Shown one piece after another: positions 14,184-25,133 of a DNA stretch of 64,000 bases. The position numbers were made by a program, and so were the translations under genes. Every line of letters starts with the position of its first letter. Position 1 is the first letter of the stretch. A model generated the notes under the pieces. That model was given only the letters and a program-made list of their open reading frames with translations. It ran no database searches and was not told the DNA's origin. Location: positions 10,850,001 to 10,914,000 of the forward strand of contig NC_079164.1 of assembly GCF_947568905.1 (NCBI RefSeq), read 5' to 3'. Source of the stretch: Ostrea edulis. Its lineage: Eukaryota.

Positions 14184-14708
14184 CAAGAGGCGCGTGGGCC
14201 ACATCGCTCACCTTAGCCCTGTCATCATTCAGCTGTTGTGATTTTTTTTATCAATCTTTATTCCCATGAAAGTTTTGACCCCATATTGTGGCCCTTAAGG
14301 ATCATAACTCAAAATGAATTCACATAACACAGAGATGCCTCAATACCAACATGACTAACAGGACCTTGCTGTTCTGGATAGGATTATAGTATGATATGGA
14401 AGACCTCGCCATAAGAAGTCTGTATACAAAACATGAAAGCTCCATCTGCAAAAGCAGATACAAGTTTATTCAAATCATAGACCCTGGGGGTAGGGTGGGG
14501 CTACAATAGCGGATCAAAGTTTTACATGTGAACATAAAGGGAAAATCTTCTCTAGAACCAGTGGGTCAGAAAAGTTGAAATTTTCATGAAAGCTTCAAGA
14601 CATGCATGCTGCAGATTTAAGTTTGTCAAACACTATTTTAGGTACGGCTTTCAAATTTTGTATAGAGATTGCGACACAATGGCGTTTGATCTTTTGACCT
14701 ACTTTAAG

Positions 14709-14743
<35 letters not shown>

Positions 14744-15772
14744 TCACCTTGGTCCATATCAGAAAACTTTCCATATATATTTGCATGTAAAACCTTAGTC
14801 TTTATTATGGCCCCAACCTACCCCTGGAGGCCATGGTTTTTGCAAACTTGAATCTACACTATGTCAGAAAACTTACATGTAAATGTGAACTTCTTTGACC
14901 CAATGGTTCTTGAGAAGGTTTTTCCTATATATTTGTATGTAAAATTTTGATCCCCCCCCCCCTTGTGGCCCCATCCTACCCCCAGGGGCCATGATTTGAA
15001 CAAACTTGAATCTGCACGATGTCAGAAAGCTTTCATGTAAATATCAGCTTTTCTGGCTCAGTGGTTCTTGGGAAGAAGATTTTTAAAGATTGTCCCTAAT
15101 ATGTATTTGTATGTAAAACTTTGATCCCCTATTGTGGCCCCATCCAAACCCCGGGGAACATGATTTTAACAAACCCGAATCTGCACTATATAAGAAAGCT
15201 TTCATATAAATCTCAGCTTTTCTGGCTCAGTGGTTCTTGAGAAGAAGATTTTTCCTATTTATTTGTATGTAAAACTTTGATCCCCTATTGTGGTCCCATC
15301 CGAACCCTGGGGGCCAGGATTTTAACAATTTAGAATCTGCACTATATCAGGAAGCTTTCATATAAATCTCAGCTTTTCTGGTTCAGTGGTTCTTGAGAAG
15401 AAGATTTTTAAAGATTTTTCCTATATATTTGTATGTAAAACTTTGATCCCCTATTGTGGCCCCATCCAACCCCCGGGGGCCATGATTTTAACAATTTAGA
15501 ATCTGCACTACCTAATAAAGCTTATCTCTAAATTTCATCTTTTCTGGCCAAGTGGTTCTTGAGATGTTTTAATGACCCTACTCTATTTTTACCTTTTCTT
15601 GATTATCTCTGGCCCTTTATTTTAACAGTTTAGAATTCCCTTTACCTAAGGATGCTTTGTGCCAACTTTGGTTGAAATTGGCCCAGTGGTTTTTGAAAAG
15701 AAGTCAAAAATGTTAAAAGTTTACAGACAGACGGACGGATGCCAGAATACGGGTGATCAGAAAAGCTCACTA
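14184..15772 (-). mobile_element. Helitron-N-type elements carrying ~166-bp Cg170-like satellite units
   Basis: AACAAGAGG...GGGCCACATCGCTCACC ends at 14184 and ~14710. The unit TTGATCCCCTATTGTGGCCCCATCC starts at 14947, 15121, 15277 and 15443. A GACA/GACG microsatellite and GATCAGAAAAGCTCAC end lie at ~15725-15770. Confidence 0.8.
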
Positions 15773-15816
15773 AAAATCTGAACCCATTATCATTTAATAT
15801 CCCCATAATTATTTAA

Positions 15817-16355
15817 AGGGACTCGTTCACGATTTTCCCCAAAAATTTCTTTTTCACTTTTAATTATCAAAATATACTATCCAATGCCTGTAAGCGGTAC
15901 CAGATAGCCTCAACCGTCTAATGTGTTTAAAACAGTTCACATAAAAATCAAAGTTATACATTTTCACAGAAGCTCATTTAAGAGAGTTTATTATTTGTTT
16001 TATAAACAAAGATTGCAGTATGTTATTGTTTACGGAATTTTCAAAACAAATGGATATCGATCTAAGTTCATTATATCTTTCACATTTCAAGCATTTTTGG
16101 AGTAAATGTGTCGTCTAAAACTTGTGACTATGCAAAATTAAGATGCTTTATATTACAAAATCAATATTTCACTTGCTTGTTTGTATATATAAAAAGACTC
16201 GAGTCTTTGTTTACATAACATAGATTTAAGGATAAAATATTTTTTATTCTTGCATTCAGTAGGTCAAAATTTTGGCTGTCGATATTAAATGAGTTGTATT
16301 TTTCATATTTACCATCAAAAATGAAAAATCTATCAAAAATCATGAACCAGTCCCT
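15817..16355. mobile_element. Kolobok-type non-autonomous element
   Basis: TTAA-AGGGACTCGTTCACGATTTT ... AAAATCATGAACCAGTCCCT-TTAA: a TTAA TSD with RR termini. Confidence 0.75.
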
Positions 16356-17689
16356 TTAAGGTAGGGCTTTCATATTTTGTACAATTAGATTCTTTATGGC
16401 AAGACCTTTTTATACTTTGGTGTTGACCTTGAACAACGGCAGGGCTCAGGTGATCAATGGGCCTCGTTTATCTATGGTGTCCATACAATTTTTCCAGAAT
16501 GAAAACCAACTGTACATACCCTGCAATTGAATACTACTTTGGAAAATGATATTGCCTTGATTATCTTTCACTTGTTGGATTACGTCTTTATATTAGGGCC
16601 GCTAGTTCTTTTAAACAAAAACATCATCATTTTTCTCGAGTCATTCTCACAGGTATATTTAGAAATTAATTTCCTTTAAGAAAATAAGCAGCACGAGTGT
16701 AAACTGCAACACTTCATACTGGAATGCTTTCCAGGAAGTTTCGACACACTTCATGAAGTGCGCCCACAAGAAGCATCTCAGTTTATGCCCGAATGTATTT
16801 TCATTGTTTATTTTCATTCGCACTATATTTGTCATAATTTGACATATCAAAGACAAAATCATTGGATAGTAAGTGCTTGGTTGTACATTGTACAAGAATC
16901 TTCTTGTTTTGTTTTTTTCAATATTTGCAATGGAGATAAGTATCTCGTACATCCTGGCACATTAAGTTTGCTTTTTGTTAGATGGTATGCCATCCTTTAC
17001 CATAGGTCATTTTCCCCCAAGACAAGATCACTTAGGATGACCTGCTTCACAGCTGTGTTACACAGGCATTGTACAACGGAGCACGAGTCTGGCAGTACAA
17101 TGACCTGCATCGTGTTGGGATCACCCCAGTGCAGTAATAATCACCTTCACATTGATGTGTATCGGCGCAAGTATCATGTCTGTGAGGAAAACTTTCTCCA
17201 GTAGCATCAAGTGCAAAGCAACATGCTCCTCCTATGAAGGGGGAATCAATATCCCATTTACAAAGGGTACTAGAGACCCTATCAGTTACCCTGTATATGA
17301 ACGGTAAAGAACATGGTGTACCAGGAAGGTAAGATTTAATCCAATAATACAGCGTGTATCTGGCTATTCTGGCCCACTGGTAATACTGGATTTTTATACT
17401 ATAGGAGAATGCATCAAATACATGTATTAAAGCTCCAAAATTTCCATTTACTCCAATCATAATTGCATGCTATGAAAATCTGAAGGACCAATATTTCAGA
17501 CTTTTCTGAAAAATTAACAAAATATTCTCCACACCAAAATTACCTGACATATGGCAAATTTGCCAAACGGTCATAAAAAACATTCTCATACATTACAATT
17601 CTATCTTCCAGATTCTCAGATTTACTTCTGAACTTCAGGATAAATATCACAAAACAGAGACTTCCTGTCAGTACTTTTATTTATAACAT

Positions 17690-19119
17690 TTAAAAGACCA
17701 TCTTATGAGGGTACTGTCGGTTTCCAAGTGAAAACATGGAACCAAGGTAACCAAACAATAATTTCTTCTCGGGGTTTTTACGGATTACATCCAGAATTTG
17801 TTTGTCAACAGCGACCTGGTCTTCTTTCCTTTCATCACTGACAGTGTACACCTAATGAACAAAACAAAGGAAATTATTATCATCACTGACAGTGTACACC
17901 TAATGAACAAAAGCAAAACAAAGGAAATTATTATCATTTTCAATTCTGATTACTGATTTAAAGGATCAATTCTGGGTAACAAAAGAAAATACCTATTATT
18001 ATATAGGGGAGAACAATTATATGAAAAAAGCCACATTGTTATATCAAAATTTCATTGCCTTTTTTTTTTAGTCGTATATACGTTTGAATTTTTCAAATCA
18101 ATCATTCTACATTTTGAACCTTAAATATATTATTTCCGATGCTGAAATTGATTCTGGCCCTGAAGTCCTTCAGGGCAGACCTGTCCCTAAATGAAATGAA
18201 GATATTTTAATAGGTTGCAATCTTGAGCAGAATTTACAAAAGGATTTTTTTTATAGGATCACCTCTGCCCTGGGGTTCAAATTCACGCAAAACCTTTTAC
18301 ACCATTATTTTCAAGTGTCTTTTTAACATCTAATACATTAACGAAAGGGGAGATCCTATATTCGGTGTTTAATAATAAGACACCTGAAAATATTAGTGTG
18401 AATAAAACACTTCTATGATTACGATTGGCAATAACTTATATGTGGTACTTAGAATGTAGACTGGCAAGCCATTGGGTAATGAATAGTAAGTCTACATGAA
18501 TAGGCAGTCCAACATAAAGGAAAATATTACATGTCCCACTGGCATGTGACTTGTGAACTACTACATGCCTCTCTGTAACTTTACCAAGTCCAACACAATG
18601 GACTCCAAGGTTATTTCGAAGATTGGGATGAACAGTACAAAACTGTACACAACATTAATTTTTCTAAAATGTCTTCAAGATTTGTTACACACAAAATGTT
18701 CTTTTTTATTAGAATAAAAATATAGCAGATGTTCTTTTTTTAACCACCTACCTCTTTTTTGGTGTCAAAGATTTCTCCCTCTGTGTGTCGGGGCTTCTTG
18801 AGCTGTTTACGGTTGAAGTATTTATCATTCAGGCGTTCTGGCAGCTTCACACCACTAATGTCCAGCTTGGTTTTTGTGGCAATAGTGTAGATTTGGTTGA
18901 TTCTTCTGAGAGGGCAACCATTCAGATGGAATGGACCTGAAAGCAGACGTATGGACATTAACATTACGACACCAATGAAAACCACTGTATAGTATTGTTA
19001 AGGAGGTTTAACAGATCAGTGAGATCACCATAATGATTGACCTCTGTTCAAAACACAAATGGAGAAATCTGTCACATAGATAAAACCACCATAGATAGCA
19101 GTGGCGGATCCAGGATTTT

Positions 19120-19159
<40 letters not shown>

Positions 19160-22100
19160 TGTGGAAGTCAAGTATTAGGCAAAATACTCAGCCATTTTGG
19201 GTCCCAATTCTGTAGTTTGCATTGTAAATGTGTGGCTAAATAGGGATGGGGGTCAGGGTCATCCCCCCCAGACTTTCTATCAAAATGCATTATTTCACTA
19301 AATAAGGTAAATTTTTGAAGTTTTCAATTTCAAAATATTGCACATATCCTCCAAGTTCCATTCAGTGTTAATCCTCTTTAACATTGGTTCTGTGACAGTG
19401 CGTGAGCATGAATACAGGGTTTGAAATTAACTCCTGTCTGCAAGTCCGGGTCTAGAAAAACTGTCGGATTAGTCAATTCCGGATATCAATCTTGAATTGG
19501 TTAAGATTTTATCAAATTTGTCCGAGTCTCTTAGATGTTTGAACTTATGGTCGATTATCTGCATGGTTACAGTGACATGCTGACCTTCCAAATTAAGTCT
19601 CGTGCAACCAGATGCTCGGTTGTCTCCATAAATCTCCAACGGGCAGAGAGTCTGGTAAAGACTCACGATAACGTTTGTAACATCAGAATGAGGCTTACTG
19701 AAATATTGGTATTCAATTTAATTTCATTGGTTGATTCAGCACACTTCCAAAGTAATGACTGCCGAAGAAATTTGTAATAGATTGGGATTGCCATTTAAGC
19801 TTAAGTTAATTTAAGGATTTACAACTAGAGTGTTTAAAAGCTGTTGGAAAAGGAAAGGATTTATTTGTTGTTCTACCTATGGGATATGGCAAAACTGTTT
19901 TGTATTCAATTTTACCAAAATTACTTAAGGAGGCAAAAGTTAAAGTACAATTTCTACCCAACAACGATTGCAGTTTTTCTATTGTACATGAAGTAATGAT
20001 TTCCCCATTAGTATCACTAATGAAGGATCAACTAATTAACATCAAATCACCGTATATGTCGGAGAAAATCAAATGGAAAGTAAATTAGCACTCCCTAGCG
20101 GTAACAGTTATTATCATGAATCTTACCAGACTCTCTGTTCGTCAGAGATTTGCAGAGAAAGTCGAGCATCTGGTTGAACGAGACTACTTCCAAACACTTG
20201 AACGTTTATAAAATGGGTTATTACACAAGTAACTCGGAGGTTACTGTATGCTTATGAAGATCGTGAAAGCAAAATAAAGTATGGTTTCTTTTTCTACTGT
20301 AGGTGTCAGAAACGGAAGTGTTTGGTTTGATTGAATACTATCGAATAAAATGAATTGATGAGATCATTTGATATGATATACTGGACAGACTAGTGAAATG
20401 CTTTGTGGACTAGTGAACATCAATAGACATTAGTCCGTACAGACTTGTGCTTGAAAAAAATTAATTTCAAACCCTGTGAATCCATCCCTGGGATCTTGAA
20501 GCAGACTTTGATTTGCATAGAAGTAAAAAATTCAGTATTTTTTAAGATATTTGTATGATGTAAAACTGATATTTAAAACTGTATATCAATCTCTGCAAGA
20601 TTTCCTCTAATTTCAGTTTTCTACAATTGAAGGAAAATTCTACCTGTGAAAAGGAAAACATTAATTTTTATTTCTTTTGGTCAAAAGGGGAAAGGTACCT
20701 TTTACCAGTAGGAAAAAGAACTTTGATAAATCCCTAAATATCTATCTATATCTATATATATAATCCTGAACTTAAATCCCCACTACACTTGTCACAAGTT
20801 GTGTACAGACATAATTTATCACAACCGCATTCAGAGAAGTCCCAGCTTCAAAGTAAAGTTTGCCTGCTTACATTTGCTTGTCGCTGTAATTTGTTCTCTT
20901 CAAACCTTGATAAATCTACACTTACCTGTCACCAAAAGTAACCCAGAATCCAACTGTTTCAAGAAGACAACTCTCTGCAATGAAAAATTAGAAAAAATCA
21001 TCAATCATAATGAAAAATGTGTACTCTACACAGGGCTAATTTCACCCCATGTTTTCTTTTCACCCTTCTCCCTTTGCAAAGGATTTCACTCCCATTTTTA
21101 AATTTACTGTAACACAGCTGCGTTAAAAGATAGACAAAACAGAAAACGGTTATGCCTGATCACGGAGAGAAATAAAACCCCGATCACTGACACAGAGAAA
21201 TAAAACCCCGATCACTGACACGGAGAGAAATAAAACCCCGATCACTGACACGGAGAGAAATAAAACCCCGATCACTGACACAGAGAGAAATAAAACCCCA
21301 ATCACTGACACAGAGAAATAAAACCCCGATCACTGACACGGAGAGAAATAAAACCCCGATCACTGACACGGAGAAAAATAAAACCCCGATCACCGACACG
21401 GAGAGAAATAAAACCCCGAACACTGACATGGAGAGAAATAAAACCCCGATCGATCACTGACACAGAGAAAATTAAATCGGGGCAAGTATTTCCAGGTATA
21501 CAGGGTTTTATCCAGCATTTAGTTATTACTACCCATTTTATATTTAAGGGGAATTTTTGAGAACGTAGTCATGAGTTTCCAGGGGATGGGGTTGGGGAAC
21601 ATCCATGGAATATAATATCCACAGATTATAACAGCCATATAAAGTGATTGATTACTCATTTTATCTATATTGTAAGTCTGACAATTATAGAAAATGACTT
21701 AGAATTTAAAAAATTTATTTTTGGTGAAAATTCTTATACAATTTCGTGAAGTTTCTACAAATGAAGAGGATTTTTTTATCTGTGGAAGGGGAAATATCCA
21801 TTTGTTGCCAAGGGGGAAATGTACATTTTACCGGTAGTAAAAACAACCTAGATAAATCCCTGACAGTATATCATGATGAAAGAGAGCTAAAAAGTTCTCC
21901 TTTCTACCCTGTATTATTCTGGTCATACTTTAAAAAAAAAGATTTATTCAACAAAATTTAACAAGTCTACTAGGGCTGAAAATCGATACTGTTGAATATA
22001 AGCACTCAATTCAATGTTCGATTCATTGCCCCAATTTTCTATTCGATTCGCTGTTTAAAATCGGGTTTGATGAAACACATGGGGTTTGACGTGTACTTAT

Positions 22101-24646
22101 GATTTTTACATGCACAAGGGACAAAATGGCGTCCGATAACTGTCAAACTGTTGTTATCCTCGAGTCTGATAAAAACAATAATGAACTTAATCAAGTTAAA
22201 ACTACAGAGTCAACAGGCATCTTACCGTTCGGCATTTTGGAAACAGTTTACTTTTGAAATTGTGACTGAATCTTTGTAAGAAAATTTTTCCTCATAGTTA
22301 TCATTGGTTTCTTTGTTTTGAAAATATTGAATTATGGCATAAGTATTGCAATACTTATCGTATCGTTTCACCCCTAAAGTCTACACATATTTGAAATTTC
22401 ACAATCCCTCTTTCCATTTTCTTTACTAGTCTTTCAATTCAAAACATGTCAATGATCATCTGCATATGAAGCTATCTTTATCATCACATCAACCAGTACT
22501 TCAAGTTCTATTGCTGTGTAGGACTGTATAGCAATCTCCTGACAGTGAAAGTTCCTATTGTCTGTTTTCTTTATAAATCATTAGATCTACAGGTATGGTA
22601 CAGTAGCTGTACACAGCCACACACCTACAAGTAGTTTGATTAGAGTTGGGCACCACAGAAAAAAAGGTACTTTGGTATACCAGATTTAATCTTGAAAGTA
22701 TTATGATTCAATTTTTCTCGTTTTTTTTTTTTTTTTTTTTTTTTACAAAAAGTTGTGATTCATTGTATATGATGAACAGTAAAATGGTTTATTGAATGTT
22801 AAATTTATTTAATTCATTCAGTAAAAATAAAAAAGGAAAACATTTACAGTTACAGATCTTTTAAATACCCCCCCCCCCCCAAAAAAAAACCTTCAAATAA
22901 CTACCTTATTTCTGAAAAGCATGTTATTAGAACCATGCTATTAAAAAAAATTTGACCCTAACACTGCAATTACTTGATGAAGAATTTACCTTTCCCTTGT
23001 GACGACCAGCCACCAGGATAAGGACGGTGCCAGGGGTTATCGAGCTCCTTACACTGTGCTTGTGCTTGGAAAAGGCAGTCTTCCTGGATCTCAGCTTTCT
23101 GGGTTTGTCTTCAGTTGGGTAATAGCGAGACTAAAAGGAGAAAAAAATATGAAAATCTGTTTTGCATGGAAATCAAACCCTTTGAAGTGAACATAATGAT
23201 AATAAAAATAAACATAAATCTTTCTTAAGTGTGAACAAAAAAATGTGAGACAGGTTCACTTCAGACGGACAGGGGAACAAACATAACTATTTCAATTGGC
23301 ACTTTATAAATGTCTCATTGTAGATCAACATTCAGGTTATATCAAATTCACCTGAAAGCCCCATTTCTGTTTGCATCACTTTATTCTGGACTTTGGATTT
23401 GGGTTTGGGTATTTCCGTTTGGGTCAACATAGTTAAATTTCAAGATTTTTGAATATACAAGTTAAAATCAAAGACGTTTATTGTAGTTTGCTACAACAAT
23501 TACTCGCTGACATGGACTCATGACAACAGAAACTCAAGCAGTCACTTCTACCAGGGTTCAAAATTACCTCATGTCCATAAGTCTGAGACTAGTAAAAATC
23601 ATGCTGGACTAGTAAACTCTTTATCGCACTAGTCCATGATCATGATATCAATCTTAAATTGGTTAAGTTTTTAGCAAATTTGTCTAAGCCTCTTACATGT
23701 TTGGTTTGATAAAATACTATTGAATAAAATGAATTTATAGGATCATTTTATATGATATACTGGACAGACTAGTGAAATTCTTTGTGGACTAGTGAACATC
23801 AATAGTGACTAATCCGTACAGACTAGTGCTTGAAAAACTTTATCTTTGAACCCTGTTTACTAATCTTTTCCATTCAATGCTTTCAGTATGTTTGGTGTTT
23901 GATGTTGATCCAGCCTGTGGCATATTTTAAATCTGTCTGACATCTCTTACATGTGGTCATTGTTTTGTCCATAATGCCATTATTGGACAATAAATTAAAA
24001 TACAACTGCACTTTAGATGTTGACACCATATTATTTAAAGTAAATGGATTTCTAATAATGATTCTATCATTGAAACAGGACCCGAAAAAAAAATCCTGAA
24101 TCAGACCCAAACAACAGAACCTGCAGTTTTCAGTTATTTGGGGTATCCAATGAAATGGGTGATTTTTTTTTTTTTCCATTGGGGACAGGATTTCCGCCTT
24201 ACATAGAGCAGTGGGAAATCCATGGATGCTGATGGAAAATGAAAAGGGAGATAACATAATAAATATGCACATCATGTAGTAGAATTTTAAAGAGAGGAGT
24301 GCAAGGATTTCGAAAAGTGAAGCTTTTATACTCCCATTTAGGAAGAATTATACAGGTTATACATCAGTATATACAGTAATCTTTGCTAATAAGCATCTAG
24401 CCATGTATGAAAATATTGAAGTTGGCCTGCTCTATTTCCAATCAAAGTAAACATATATATTATATATGGCAAGAAAGTAAACTACGTTTAAATCACCGTT
24501 CTAGTTTTCTTGACAAGTCTTGAACCACCATTTTTGTCTCCACCGATGGTCTTCTTGACCATACGGGTTTCAGTCTGTTTCTTGGCTGCTGGTTTGGCAG
24601 CGGCTGCCTTAGGCTTGGCTGCTTTAGTCTCGGCTTTCGGTCCCAT
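17690..24646 (-). CDS. RPL6: 60S ribosomal protein L6 (eL6), 5 coding exons, ~228 aa
   Basis: Exons 24646-24497, 23130-22990, 20974-20926, 18936-18752, 17851-17690, phase-consistent. Motifs [67 protein letters not shown] lies just after the stop. Confidence 0.97.
19415..20476. mobile_element. CAGGG-terminated MITE (same family as 23552 and 43506 copies) with a nested inverted-repeat element (~19597-20186)
   Basis: TIR CAGGGTTTGAAATTAA / TTAATTTCAAACCCTG with ACTAGT-rich subterminal motifs shared with the other copies. Inner pair AGTCTCGTGCAACCAGATGCTC (~19597) / GAGCATCTGGTTGAACGAGACTA (~20165-20186). Confidence 0.7.
21158..21470. repeat. 30-bp minisatellite (~10 copies) in RPL6 intron
   Basis: Unit GATCACTGACACGGAGAGAAATAAAACCCC. 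Confidence 0.9.
21971..22376. mobile_element. Non-autonomous hAT element with 8-bp TSD
   Basis: TAGGGCTGAAA...TTTCACCCCTA termini. AAGTCTAC flanks both sides (21963-21970, 22377-22384). Confidence 0.85.
23552..23855. mobile_element. Short copy of the CAGGG-terminated MITE family
   Basis: CAGGGTTCAAAATTA ... CTTTGAACCCTG with shared GGACTAGTGAA motifs. Flanks TCTAC/TTTAC are a possible 5-bp TSD with one mismatch. Confidence 0.7.
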
Positions 24647-25040
24647 CTGAACAGAATATACACATGGAATCAATGACTGCCATTTCTCGATTTTCTTAAG
24701 TTTAACATTGCGCTGTCTTTCATGAAATGTGCAGTAATCATATCTACAAAGCCCTATCACCACTTGAAAATCTCCTAAACATTATATTAATATTACAGAC
24801 AAGCTGCGAATGATAGTGCATTACTACACCTAATGTCAAAAGTAGAACCCCAGGAACCCACGTTTGTTTTTATTTACATTTTTCAACAAATCCCAATAAA
24901 ATACGGATGAATTAAAGATGGCCTATCGTAAAACATAACTTTGTCATTTTGTTTTTATTTGTAAAGTATTTTGATAGTGTACGATTACACGGATTTACAG
25001 TGGATTTTCCCCATTAGTATCAACAATCTCATACACTCAC

Positions 25041-25133
25041 ATCGACGGCCGGAAGTAAAAGAGAGCACACATGTTGATGACGTACAACGCAAGAGTACGA
25101 CTTCCTGTTTAGAAGAAACCTAAAAACAAAGCA
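25041..25133. promoter_or_regulatory. Bidirectional RPL6/INO80E promoter with RPL6 non-coding exon 1 (TCT/5'TOP)
   Basis: On the minus strand, CTCTCTTTTACTTCCGGCCGTCGAT (25065-25041) is followed by donor GTGAGT. ETS/GABP-type motifs CCGGAAGT (25049-25056) and ACTTCCTG (25100-25107). INO80E ATG at 25134. Confidence 0.8.

Noticed and set aside
21158-21470. CRISPR-like appearance of regular repeats (also 37930-38460, 52280-52645, 62820-63030)
   Set aside because: Head-to-tail units without unique spacers, no cas genes, and a eukaryotic context: these are minisatellites.
17852-24496. Intronic snoRNAs in RPL6 (GTGATGA at ~22481-22487, GTGATGC...CTGA at ~23330-23380, hairpins at ~18540-18600, ~22560-22630, ~23960-24000)
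   Set aside because: None had a correctly spaced C+D pair with terminal stem or a complete hairpin-H-hairpin-ACA layout by eye. An Infernal/Rfam or snoReport scan would be decisive.
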